DNA from: Hormiphora californensis
Taxonomy: Eukaryota > Animalia > Ctenophora
Length of the DNA: 64,000 nt
Reading direction: 5' to 3'
NCBI GenBank assembly: GCA_020137815.1
Contig: CM035351.1
Location: forward strand, 5,704,001-5,768,000
Shown: positions 47,433-63,837 of the stretch, one piece after another
How the letters are laid out: every line of letters starts with the position of its first letter
Numbering within the stretch: the stretch's first letter is position 1
Translations under genes and position numbers: made by a program
Notes under the pieces: generated by a model
Database searches by the model: none
What the model was told of the DNA's origin: nothing
Seen by the model: the letters and a program-made list of their open reading frames with translations, nothing else

Positions 47433-50400
47433 ATGTCAATGCAATCGCTGGATATGGGAGACCAATCTACCATCTACTTGGTATGTATTTACATTGTGAC
47501 TCCATATAATTACGAGCAATACCGACTCTGTACGTTATGTTGATTCGATACTACCATCACTAACGGTCTCCCCAACTCTTTACCCATTTGGTTGAGTACC
47601 TAGACATGTGTATATTCCAGTATGTATTTGGATCCAAGGATTGTTCAATATCATCTATTTCCAATCAGGACGGAAAAGCACCTGGCAATGCCCGTCAAAA
47701 ACGGAGGGACGACAAACTTTTTAAAGCGGGTGAGTGTAACTAAAAGAGTCTGTAACTTTCTAAAAAGTAATTCTGCCTTTACTTGTTTTATTGAGTAACA
47801 AGCCTTGTGAGCAACAATCGGTTTTTAACTGGAGGCAATGTGTTTTCAGCTGCTTCACCGTACAGTCCAAGACAGGCCTGGCTCAGCTCGATGAATCAAG
47901 GTCGGGGTTTTAACCCAGTTACCAGTAGTGGTTATGCAGCTGATATTCAAAATGGGAGCCCTAAAAAGGTAGTTGTTAGCAGTTAGGGGCAGAAGGGTAC
48001 ACTTGAAATCAGTATCACTCTATGTGTTTCTGTGTTCCATCCCTCTCAGATGAAGAATGAATTCTCAGATTTAATATTTCCAAATCCCCAGAGACCCTCG
48101 AGTCCACGAGTAAACAGGGTGGCCCAACAAGACCCAGAAGAAATGTACGATGAGATCCAGAGATTGAAGGAGTGTGTGGCGGCCCATAGGAAGGAACAAA
48201 ACTTAAAGAAGACTCAAATTGCTAAATTGGAAAAGGAGTTAAATAAAAAGGTTAGAGTTTTTTCAACAGTAAAATTGAAGTGGGACTGAACTTAGTTTTA
48301 AACATTGAATTTCACAGGATAAGTTACTTGATGAGACGCTATCCCAGCCTCGCAGCTCCTATGGATCTGTTACAGAGAGGAGTGCAATGTCAACAGAAAC
48401 TAACTCGGTAAGAACATTATATTACTCACTCATCTCGTCCTCGTCTGATTCATATTCATTGTGAAGTGAAGGAACTGTCAATAATTGTCAAATAAAATCT
48501 GCGGTTACTGCGCCATGTCACTCCAAAAGTTTCACACGCGCGATAGTTGCGCGCGTCGCAAATATAAAAAGCATTCATTGTGAGCATCGTGCCGCTATTT
48601 AGTCTGGCAAGTCTGTTTTGGGATGTTATGAGCATCAGACTCAGAGCTATAACCGTCTCTTGACTTTATATCTACTTCAGTCACTAATGGGTCTACGTCA
48701 GAAGAGTCACAAGTTGGAGTGCATGTTAAGAGAACGGGATACTGAAATAAGGTGAGAAGCACTGGAATGAGTGTCAGACTCTGACTCAGAGAACTAAACG
48801 GAAAGAGCCCCCCCCCTCATTTTTGCAATTACTATCCTTTGTCTCCCACTAAATCAATACATTCCATATCAGGACATTAAAAAGTAACCTAAAAAGTACG
48901 AAAGTCCAAGAATTAGAGATCATGTGTGATACATACTGCCAAGAAATATCGCGTTTAACACGGCTGATAGAGCAGCGTGATGGAGGGATATCAGACCCTC
49001 CAAGAAGGGCCTCAACTCCCGTAGAGGCAGGTCCCAGTGATAGAGAGAGGATTCTGGAGGGGAGAGTGCAGCAATTAGAACTTGACAATGCCAGTCTGAG
49101 GAAACAAATTCTCAAGTCTAGAGATAAACCAACCGGAGACACTGCTGGTGAGTGGCATACTGGACGTTAGATGGGCTTCTCTGGCGGGTGTGTCGCATGT
49201 CTGGCGGTGACGATCCGATCTGAGCGCTCTGTCGCAAGAATCAAAACGGGGTCTGGTGCCTTGCTTTGAATAGTCTCATTGTCACCAGTATAATATCTAA
49301 TTACTGAATTCCAACTCTTTATATTTCACCAGGGGTACTGAAGGAGTTTGCCACATTGAGTCGCTCAGATTTAGAAGAGCGGCACAAGATCCAGTCTCAG
49401 GAGGTATTTGACCTCAAATTAGAGGTAGGGGAGCTGAAGACACGGTGTGAGGTCGCTGAGGATAGGGAGAGACAAGCGAAGGCTGCTACTGGGAAGCAGA
49501 GGGAGGGCCTGGAGAAAATAGCTGACGAGAAAATAGCCCTGGAACAGAAAATATCTTCAATCAGGTTCGTGAGAAATATAATCATTAGGGATAGGAATAT
49601 TTTAGGACCTTGTTTTGTTCATAGCGTATAATGTATACACATAATCATACTTGTCTAGTTCAATTCAATTCAAACACCGCTCGGTCCCCCAAGTATGAAC
49701 AATACCAAGTCATACTGGAACAATACCCATTTTATTATCTGAATTTCCTCTCTTAGTGGTGAACATGAAGCACAGAAACTTGTTATTCGGCGGCTAAATA
49801 CCACAGTCAGGAAGCATGAAGACGAGTGTGAGAAACTTCACAAGCAGCTCGAGAGAGATCAGGTCGGTTTTATTGCTGGAGTGGAGTGGAGTTGTTTACT
49901 TAATACGGGGGGGGGGGACACGTGAAATGGAAGAGAGTACTGCCCAGGAAAATGGCCCAATCGAATTATGTCACGTGGCCCAGCCCTGGGAACAAGTCTG
50001 AAGGCCTCCAGACATGTTTTGTTAACTGTTGTTTACACTTCACCTTCACTTCAGGCCACGTCAAAGGAGAGACTGTCCCATAAATCAAAGGTTATTTCCG
50101 AACTAGAGGACGAGATTGAGAAACTGCAGGGACAACTCAGATCTGCTGCTACTGCTGCTGTACAAGCACAATCAGAGAATAAAGAGAATGCCACTCCTAA
50201 ACAGAGGATTGAGAGGATGGAAAATAAAGAGAATGCTACTCCTAAAAAGAGAATGGAAAATAAAGAGAAAATGATGGTGGAGAGTGCCCCAGCCAAGTCG
50301 ACCATGAAATCAGATAAAACAGCGGATGTTAAGACTTCTCAATTAATTACAAAAAAGGTTTGAATACACATGTTTACACATGATAAGAATATCATGATAC

Positions 50401-53400
50401 TTTTAAAAAGGGCCACCGCAATCTAATAGCATCTTCGAGATATAAATTGTTAATTTTTTAGCTTTTCGGTCAGTTTATTGGATAGGTGTATAATACTAAA
50501 GCTGCTGTGAACCAATATTGTACGAGACTACCACAGTGTGGTCCCAGCTGTCTATTCTCCCAGGCAGATGGTCATAACAATCCTGTTGGTCACGCTGTAC
50601 GGGTCGGCGTTACTGCTGGGTCGTCGGTCCTGTAAGGGGTAGTGAACATAGGGTTAGTTAGGAATAGTAGTGAACATAGGGTTAGTTAGTGGTTTGTAGT
50701 GTAGGCAATTATAAAGTTAGGTGATGGTGGTAGTGATTGAAAGATCCCAATCGGGTGTGTAGATTACTGTCATTTGGGTCCAAACTATAGTGTATAAATC
50801 CTACATAATTTACCTCGAAGTATCCCTTTTTGTCGTTGTCAACCTGTCGGGGAATCCTGATACTGGCACCTCGGTGAGCAACACCATAGCTAAACTCGTC
50901 AATACTGGGAGAGAGGGGGAGGGGTTAGAGAAGCTATTATAGATGACATTAGAGAGTTAGAATTTCAAGAAAACAACCCTAAAAAGATGTGAGCTATCTA
51001 TCAGGGGCGACGAGCATGTAGCACCCATCACTAGGTGTGTATGTTACCTTGCAGTCTCGTGTTGTCCAGTAAGCCTCCTCCTGTTGTCGGCTCCCCCAGT
51101 GGGGTCATACTCCATGATGTGCTCCAGAGGCTTCTTCTCCATCAGCTTGATAGCCTCAATGATCTTATCATAACCGCCGTCCTGTCGCATAGCCTCAGTA
51201 CTGGGAGGGGGTGTTGTATTATTTTAGTGTGTTATTCATTCTCCAATACTATTGTTTATTTTAGGGGGGGGGGGTGGTGTTAGTTTTAGTGAGTTATTCA
51301 TTCTCCAGAACTATTGTTTATTTTAGAGTAATGTTTGTATTAGCAAACGAGTCTTTGTAGTATTGATCGGCTATAGTTGTTGTTATATATGGTCATAATA
51401 CCTGATGTTGGTGTGGCAACCAGCACCGTTCCAATCTCCAGGGATTGGTTTAGGATCAAAACTGATCACTACATTAAACTCCTCAGCCAGCCGGCAAAGA
51501 ATCCATCTGGACACCCAGAGATGGTCTCCCATACTGATCCCCTCGCAGGGCCCGACTTGGTACTCCCACTAGACAGGAAATAGAGCCTGTTAGCGTGCTG
51601 TGTAGTAACTCTAACTAAACATAATGTCTAGATATAATTACAGCTTCTTGTATAATATAATAATGTCCAGCATCACCAACTGCTACATTATTAATGTCTT
51701 AAATATTATCACTGCAGGATGTATATAATCTAATTTTTGTGTACCTGGGAGGGCATGACCTCTGCGTTGGATCCAGCGATTTTAACACCGGCATACATAC
51801 AGGCCCTGTAGTGACCCTCCACAATCTTCCTGCCCTTCACCTTGTCAGATCCAGCACCACAATAGTATGGACCCTGCGGGGGGAGAGACAGGGTATTAGT
51901 AAGGGCCCTGTGGAGAGAGAGAGATGGGGTAATGGATCGGGTTTATCATTATGTTCTAACTTCTAACCGTCATGGGCACGGAGAGAGAGGTTCGAACAAG
52001 GCAAGGCCAGTGTAGGAGAAGGGGTGTTTGAATTGTAGACTATCGGGTGCTGCATTTATACGGTAGACTTACCTGGGGTCCAGGGTATCCATTCTTGGGC
52101 CACCCATAAGGGTGTTTTCCAGTGTAATCGAACATTGTGTATTCCTGTTCAATTCCAAACCAAGGATGTTGATCAGCACATCGCTCCATATTCTTAACAC
52201 AGACAGCTCGTTTGTTGGTGGAGTTAGGGACCATTTCGTAGGAGTAGGTCTCACAGAGAACCAGGATGTTGTCTCCACGTCGGAAGGGATCCCTGTAGTA
52301 ATTAGTAATTAGTAATTACAGTGAATTATTAGATGTTAGTAATTAGTAATTAGTAGGTGTTAGTAATTAGTAAACATTAATAAATATTCAAACCTGAATA
52401 CGGCGACGGGTTTCAAGTAGACATCACTGTTGTTGCCATCAGCCTGGCCAGTAGAGGAGCCATCAAAGTTCCAGATTGGCAATTGGTCGGGTTCGTACTT
52501 CTTGTTTGGGAGTGTCCTAGTCTTGCACCTGGAGGATCAGAGTGTTAGTCTTGCACCTGGAGGATCTGAGTGTTAGTAATGGCTGTGGGTGGGACGCGGA
52601 GAGAGAGGTTCGAACAAGGCAATATTAGTCGGTTGGTTAGGAGATATCTCAAATGTGAGGGTATTTGGTCCGTATTGGGCTGGAGGGAGAGCACAGCTCC
52701 ATACAACAACTAAATAGTGATGTACCTCATTCCCTGGCCTGTTCCATCGATCCAGATGTACATTGCCATGATGTTGTCTCCCTGGGGCAAGTCCAGGAAG
52801 GGGTTGGAGAGACCATCGAGACCGTCCATGACACAAAACTAGTGTGGGTAATAGTAATTAGTAATTAGTGTGGGTAATAGTAATTAGTAATAAAACTAGT
52901 AGCTAGTGTGGGTAATAGTAATTAGTAACAACAACAAGGGAGCAACAATTGAGAATGAGAGATCACATATCAAAATAACATTTCGGCCGAGTATTTGGTG
53001 ATTGTGGTTATCACTCTTTTAGATAACATGGTGTCACGTATCTTCCGAGAAAGACCATGTTATAAAATAAAGAGTGCCATGTGTCTCTGATAAATAGAGC
53101 GAGTGATCTTTGCATGATATGAAGTGATGTGAAAACGATATCCAAGAAAAGAAATGAGATATGAAATAGGCCTAAAATTTCTGAACTACGATTATATCCA
53201 AGGAAAAAATGAGATATGAAATAGGCTTAAAATTTCTGAACTACGGGCTTTTATAGACGTTCGTAGCTATTTCAGATCACGTTAAATAAACAAAGTTATG
53301 TAAACAAAGTATGGTGGTAAGATTTGCTCCATGCTGCAGCAACATAAACAATGAAATGGCCGTATTTTGACAAGTCGAATTTAGCGAGAGAAGGAAAATA

Positions 53401-53959
53401 TTTGTTTTATTCAAACGCGGGGAGGGAGGGTCGAACAAGGCAAGAAAATATCTGTCCATGTTGTGTTATTACTAACAGCTCTGCCTGGTATGGAGAGAAC
53501 TGTCACTAACAAGGAAAATTGCCTTAGGCCTTGCATTGCCAGGCCTTGTCTGTTATATTTTCAGAAGTGAAACTGCATTTCATCCATATCACGTGGGGTT
53601 ATCAGGTGCTACTGTGATGGTGTTTTCCTGAAGTATACTGCCGGTACTAATGCAATTTAACTTTCTTAGTTCTAACCACCATGCACACCCAGGAAAAGAA
53701 CAAAAGACAGGAGGAGGACGAGGAAGCAGCGGCGAAAAGGATACAGCGTTGCTACAGAAACCACGCCATGGAAAGGGATGTTAGGATTGTGCAGGGTGTC
53801 CTCCAAGGACACACAGCTCGAATGGGCCTAGTGGAAGGAGAGGTAGAGGAGAGTGCTACTCTCATACAGAGTGTCCTTCATGGATACAACGCGAAACAAG
53901 ACCACATTGCCAGGTAAGGGGCCCTGCGTGAACTTGGCATGCTTTTAAAGTTTTAACAT

Positions 53960-54048
<89 letters not shown>

Positions 54049-57000
54049 ACTCACTCTCCCTCTCTCAGTCCCTCTTTCTCTCCAATATCTTTTTACTTCT
54101 CCGTAGGTTCCACAAAAAAGAGGAGGTGGGAGACAAGGCCCTGAATGCATGCGAGGAGAGCAGCAAAACTTCAGCAGCCCCAGGTGAGACAATTCAAAAA
54201 TTCGACATGCATGGAAATAATTTTTTCCACATCTTGCTATCCAAATAAAACATATTTGGCAAATAAATCCTGCCATTTCTACCATAGCACAGAGAGGGGG
54301 ATTTATTCAACAATATATTTCAAACTAGTTAGGGGCGGAAGTCGTGTGACTGGGAAAAAATTTGTGTCAAGCTAATTTTTTCACTAACGTGTCCCAATAG
54401 GTCCCCTCTAGCCCTCCTGAGTTTTTCCAAATTCGGGATGGGGTGCAACATGTTCATTTCCGGGTGGGCGTGGTACCTGTATTTTCAGCCTGAGGCCAAA
54501 ACCATAAGTACCCTTAAAGTAGGAGTAGACATAAAATCGAGGGCATTAAAGTGATCAGCGTCCTCGCATTAGTGGGGGTAGGTGCTGGAATTAATTCTCT
54601 ATCTCATCTGGTTAATGAGATAATTGGATAATTAGGTTAGCGCATAACCGTTTTTTGGCTATATGGCTATAGCCACTTAGGAATGGTTTAGAGACTTTTC
54701 ACTGGCGCCATTTTGTAGGCAATAGCCAAGTTATGGGGGGTCGACGTAGGACTTTTAAGCTCTATCTTCAACCGTTTAGCCGTTATGTGGCTTGAAAGTC
54801 GCTCAAAATCGGGCTTTCTACCGTTTTTTGCTCTTTTTGAGCACCTTTAAAGCCAAATAACGGCTAAACGGTTGGAGATAGAGCTTAAAAGTCCTACGTC
54901 GACCCCCCATAACTTGGCTATTGCCTACAAAATGGCGCCAGTGAAAAGTCTCTAAACCATTCCTAAGTGGCTATAGCCATATAGCCAAAAAACGGTTATG
55001 CGCTAACCTAATTATCCAATTATCTCATTAACCAGATGAGATAGAGAATTAAGTCCGGCACCTACCCCCACTAATGCGAGGACGCTGATCACTTTAATGC
55101 CCTCGATTTTATGTCTACTCCTATTTTAAGGGTACTTATGGTTTTGGCCTCAGGCTGAAAATACAGGTACCACGCCCACCCGGAAATGAACATGTTGCAC
55201 CCCATCCCGAGTTTGGAAAAACTCAGGAGGGCTAGAGGGGACCTATTGGGACACGTTAGTGAAGAAATTAGCTTGACACAAATTTTTTCCCAGTCAAGGC
55301 GATATTCGGTGTTATTACCCCTAACTAAACTTGTTCTGCAAACAAATTCGTAGGAACTGCTTCACGCCACGGAAGGCCGATAAGCAAGTCTCTGTTCATC
55401 AGTACCAAAATTATAGCAAGATTGCAAGAATATTTGTTGAGTAAGGGGTGGAGAGTCTCCACTGGAGACCCTTTACTCAACAAAAGAATATACCGTGTGC
55501 GGCAAAAAAAGGCCCCCCCTAGACCACCATAGTTGCCGATGTGGTGGAGAGCTGTAACTTGGCAGGGTTGCTCCACTATGTCTATCTTGATCCTGACAGA
55601 AAAATCAGAGCTCTAGCTCAAAATTCATTTTCATGAACAGAATGAACTTCTCCGTTCCTTCGATATGAGACCCCCTCATCATTCAGAATTTTTTGCCCGT
55701 CTTTGGCTAACGATTATCTTTGTAATGAGACCAATTTGAGCATAATCTGATTACCAGGAGAGACACAGTGGAGGGTTTTCCGACCGTCACTCCTGACATG
55801 TGATCCAGGCCCGGTCACGTGGTGAAAAGTGGGGTTGGGGTGCTGTTAACATGTCTCAATAACGGATTATTGCTCTCATATCCCTTGAATATCCCTCCAC
55901 AATGCTCTCAAGTCACTTTGTGATGCTGATTGATTGGGTTCATGTCACCAGTTCTTGTCAAAGTTCTCAAGCGGCCCGTGATACGAGATCATTTCATCAA
56001 GGATGGGCCATCTTGTGTCACTAATCAGCCTATCATCTCACATTACACTAGCCAAGGGATCTGGGGTATTTAAATCTTCAAATGTTCATCATTGGATGGG
56101 GCATGGCGGCCAAACTTGATAAAGAACTCCTGTTCGATGGTGGGGTAGAGGGTGTTGGTTTCCTTCTTGAGCCAGATGAAGTTCCTCTGTTCGGGTGTAA
56201 AATGCATTGCAAGTAACGATTGGGAATGATTTTGATGAACATTTGAAGATTTAAATACCCCAGATCCCTTGGCTAGTGTAATGTGAGATGATAGGCTGAT
56301 TAGTGACACAAGATGGCCCCTCCTTGATGAAATGATCTCGTATCACGGGCCGCTTGAGAACTTTGACAAGAACTGGTGACATGAACCCAATCAATCAGCA
56401 TCACAAAGTGACTTGAGAGCATTGTGGAGGGATATTCAAGGGATATGAGAGCAATAATCCGTTATTGAGACATGTTAACAGCACCCCAAACCCACTTTTC
56501 ACCACGTGACCGGGCCTGGATCCCATGTCAGGAGTGACGGTCGGAAAACCCTCCACTGTGTCTCTCCTGGTAATCAGATTATGCTCAAATTAGTCTCATT
56601 ACAAAGATAATCGTTAGCCAAAGACGGGCAAAAAATTCTGAATGATGAGGGGGTCTCATATCGAAGGAACGGAGAAGTTCATTCCGTTCATGAAAATGAA
56701 TTTTGAGCTAGAGCTCTGATTTTTCTGTCAGGATCAAGATAGACATAGTGGAGCAACCCTGCCAAGTTACAGCTCTCCACCACATCGGCAACTATGGTGG
56801 TCTAGGGGGGGCCTTTTTTTTGCCGTAGTTTACATTTTCGAATAAACTTCTTTTCATATCAAAATCAAAGTGTAGTTACAAATTATAGTGCCCCTAGAAA
56901 CGTGCTAGTTACAACTGCAAAATACTTTTTTTCTGTGGCTGGACATAGTCGAACTCCTTCATAAATTATTTCATTGAACCTTATAGACCATTCTCAAGTT

Positions 57001-57584
57001 GAGAAGTCAGTAGTCACATAGTGCCACTGACCGGCGGTCAGTGACCGCTCACAGTCCGAGCGAAGCACAGTGTCAGTGCGCTGACCCTTTCTCGCGTGCT
57101 TCGCTCGGACTGCGATACCACTGATCATACCTTGCCTTGTTCGACAAATCATACCGCTGATCATTAGCAGGTTGAGATACATATTCTAAAATCTAACGTT
57201 CGCTATCCTCAGGAATCAAATCAACAAGATTGAGTTCTAGAGAATCTGGACCCACTTCTCGATCTGCTACACAGAAGGTTTGTCTGCTTTGTATTTGATA
57301 TATATGCATATCAAGTTAGTGGTAAAGTGATATTTCCCTTATTGGACGACTCTGTATAAACAAATAGCGGGTAGCAAATCACGATATTATATTAATTATA
57401 AAAATCCCATCTCCATCTCAAACCATTATGCTCAGACGTCTATGTGTCATTACAAAAAAAACAAACAAATAAATTGTGACACCTCTTATCTCAGGTGCCT
57501 AAGAAAACAACTGAGATAACGCAGAAGCGACGGCCGGTGAAAAAGACAGAGTCGTCAGACGAGGATGATCTTATTATGATGTGA
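47433..57584 (+). CDS. IQCE: IQ domain-containing protein E-like, multi-exon
   Basis: [37 protein letters not shown], coiled coils, IQ motifs ([24 protein letters not shown]), acidic end [10 protein letters not shown]. Start uncertain. Confidence 0.75.
50552..52829 (-). CDS. GLUL: Glutamine synthetase (type II), multi-exon, nested in an IQCE intron
   Basis: [63 protein letters not shown]. Confidence 0.95.
53964..54065 (+). repeat. (CT)n microsatellite
   Basis: Directly visible; similar tracts at 60732-60838 and (AG)n at 62860-62967. Confidence 0.95.
54326..55327. mobile_element. 1 kb foldback element, Academ-like (TAG...CTA termini, 3-bp TSD AAC)
   Basis: AAC|TAGTTAGGGG...CCCCTAACTA|AAC; about 450 bp near-perfect arms. 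Confidence 0.85.
55493..56825. mobile_element. Tc1/mariner-like foldback derivative with a transposase N-terminal remnant in the spacer
   Basis: TA|CCGTGTGCGGCAAAAAAA left end; about 600 bp arms; spacer on the - strand encodes [15 protein letters not shown]...[14 protein letters not shown]. Confidence 0.75.
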
Positions 57585-59258
57585 GACTGTGACAGAGACT
57601 CTGACAGATTAAGGATCGAAACCCAATGGTCTTGTTCACTATGAGTATGAGTATGATCTGTCAGACCATTGGCCTGGCAGAGTATGGTAGTTGTTCATAT
57701 CTGACCCTCAGAGAATTGGAGCAGGTTCCAGGACTCAGGTCGCCAGGTCGGGTACTAACTAGAAAATTTGAAACTGACAGCTAGGAAAGTGCTCGTATTT
57801 ATTAGCTTGGACTACCCGGAAAAAGAGGGTCTGATCAGTTTTTTGAACAAATATGTTGGCTGTTGTGAGTGTGACCTGGTAACGGCCACTTAAAAAGCTA
57901 ATATTGGGCCAATAATTTAGTAAATGGGCTGACAAAATTAACACATGTGAACTGCTATTTACTAGTGCTACCAATATTTGACTGATAATTCACGATATAG
58001 ACAGCTACCGAATGCAGCCATAGGTACTGAACTGGAATGAAGACTTTTAGCTGGCAAAATGCCAATTTACCGTTTTAGTGTTTTACGTTTGAGATGTTTT
58101 GTGACAAGTATGTGTATGTACATAGAGTTTTCTTATCAAAGCAATTATTCCTATTATTTATTAACTGTCTGGTGGCGCCAGTTCTGATTCTCAGTGTGCT
58201 GAGATCGGGTCCGCGCCGCCAGACAGATGCTGGACACGAAACTAGAGACTGGTTTGGGGTTTTGGAATCGGTAACATGTGTTAGGAATTAGGAATCCTAA
58301 TAGGATCATACCCGAACAAATGGGAATGAGGGGTGCAAGCTTTATGATATTGATAAGCAGCACTGTCTCAGTCAATAGCATCACAGTCACAAATTGCAAA
58401 AACTAGTTCTACCACTCACACTGACAGCGACTCAATATTCAATTGTTTCCAGTCTCGCAAGGAGACTCCATTATCTCAGTCAATAATGTCTCTCTACTCA
58501 AAGATCCTTGTCCCCTATAAACACATTGCCCTCCTCATCATCTCGCACCGTCTCCTGGCGACAAGCATTTGTTACCATGGCAACACCCGCCCTTGGAGTA
58601 TCGTGTACATTCGTCTCTGCAAATACCGTGTAATCTAGGGGATATGAAATCATTTGCATTTGCAAGGGTAGCTTGCAGGCTACGCATATGGGGCGAATCC
58701 CTTCGATAGATTGAGGAAGGAAGCTCCCTTCCGACCCACCTACACTGTGTTATAACTTATAGGTGGGTCGGAAGTCAGTGATCAGTGGCCACATTTAGAT
58801 TACCTGTGGATGTCTTGGCTGGCTGGACTATCACTGCAGAGTGATCGAACCATGTTATTGTGCCGGGAGCAGCAGACATGTGATACAAAGTATAGCTCAG
58901 ATTACCAGAAATTCTTATCAGTTCAACATGCCTGCCTTCTTTTTCTGACAATTTGTATTCTCCCTCACACATGTACGTCACACACTCTCTCCCTCTTTCT
59001 CTCTCTGACTCTATCCTTCTCATTCCCCGAGTCAGTCTCTCTCTATCTGACTCTGTCCCTCTGTCTTTCTAGCCGAAGCTCACCCACGGCCAACCAGAAA
59101 CCAGGCGACAGAGCTTGTTTTGGTTTTCAAAACCCTGTCCTCATCTGTGACAGAGATTCTGTCGCGATCGGAGCTGAGGGCGCTGTCAAACTCAAACGGG
59201 GTCTGGCGCCGTCTGCAGCCGGACAGGCACAAACGTTGTTATGATGGCCATCCAGAAC

Positions 59259-59912
59259 GGTTGGCTCCATTGCAACCGATTCTCGCTGCGCGACCTCGAT
59301 CTCACTCAGGCATCAATTTGGGGGGGGGGGGGGGGCAATGTGGCCAACCAGAACGGTAATTTAGCCATATCTCTCCCGACTCCCATTTATTGGCCAATTC
59401 TCATGATCTTGGCCTTGGGCACGTCGCGCCCTCTTTCTTCGCGCGCGATTTTTCCTGCGGAGGGGCTGCTTCGCAGCCAAATCTTGGCCTCGTTCGCGTT
59501 GGAGATAAGGTAGATCGAGAAATGGCGGAGTTATGCCCGAGTTATGGTAATGGTTATGGAGCACAACGGTCTAGTTGTTTTGCCCATACAGCCCGCATTC
59601 CACAGTTTCTCCACCGATCGCGATCAGCAATCTGCCTAATATTGGGCTGTATCACTATCAGTATGGAAAGAGCTCAAAGTCAATACCTTCTATTCTTTCC
59701 ATTTCCAACGAGCCCAAGATCATCTGTCAGACCCCGTTTTGATTCTTAAAATCTGAGCATGTAACAGGGCACTCAGATCGCTTGAGAGATGCTCATGAGA
59801 ATTGGCCAGGAAATGGATCCTAGGACCGAAACGTCCAAACTAGCCTGACCACTTGGCCACATTGATTGATCACATACATTGCGGAGCGAGAATAGGTTGC
59901 AATGGAGCCAAC
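59259..59912. mobile_element. Probable MITE with ~30 bp TIRs
   Basis: GGTTGGCTCCATTGCAACCGATTCTCGCT...AGCGAGAATAGGTTGCAATGGAGCCAACC; no clear TSD. Confidence 0.55.
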
Positions 59913-60727
59913 CTGACCACATCCCTCCAACCCAGTAGGATCAGTGTACAATAAGTACATGGGACAGGAGACAGCCACAAGACTCGCGGCCTCATTTTCC
60001 AGAAATGAGGCTGGATGAGATTTTTTGTGGCTGTCCCCTAAATAAAAGCTTTTAAACGCGGTGTTTTTTAATGGTAAACGGTAATAAGAGAATCACAACA
60101 CATAATTTTAACACGCACCAGTAAACACAATGTGCACACTTTATATTGTTCAGGCAATATAGAAGAGAGGAATTTCAGTTTGTCTTGAAAAATATATCGA
60201 CAAAACAAACGGGCCACACTTTGTCTTCCAAATCTTGTATATTTTATAGAATGAATTATGTATTCCAGCTCCGAATTAGATACTACTAGACATAAAAACA
60301 TGTAATAGGAGAATCTAGGGAGAAAGGATATGAATCCTGAGGAAACACATGTGCCACAATTTATCATCATTCCACAATTTCCTCTTTCTCCCTCCGTTAT
60401 CCTTGAAGGCCCTAATTCTATAATGATAAAAAACGTATACCATAAATACTTCTAGCTCTTCATTCACACTGTTTTGAGACATAAGGGGGAGCGTGCATAG
60501 TGTACTCAGTCAAAAATAAGCATTTTTATAACCTCTCGGTCCCGCTCAAAATATGTCCTCTATTAATGTACAACACAAAAAACTAATTAATTGTTACGCA
60601 TAGCAGATGTATGGGGAAAACGCTAACTTCTTCGCTCGCAAATAACATGCGAGCGGTTTCTAATATAACTCTATCTCTCTTTTGGGTTCTCTCTTATTTA
60701 AACTGATCAACAACACAAATGGCAATC

Positions 60728-60844
<117 letters not shown>

Positions 60845-60988
60845 TACATTATAACTGGTGTTTCATCATTATCATGTTCTATATGTACACAGGTAATTGT
60901 CTCTGTACACACGCACACACTATTTGAGTAGAGTCCCGCTCACTCAGTTCATGACGTCACAACATGACGTCACCACATTGATCCCCCA

Positions 60989-63837
<2,849 letters not shown>

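Noticed and set aside
51974-52004. tRNA or SINE suggested by a GGTTCGAA B-box-like sequence
   Set aside because: No A-box or cloverleaf; treated as the dispersed intronic motif.
57600-57675. Hammerhead-like CTGACAGA...GAAAC...GTC after the IQCE stop (similar at ~59790-59835)
   Set aside because: The core does not match CUGANGA and no convincing stem I is present.
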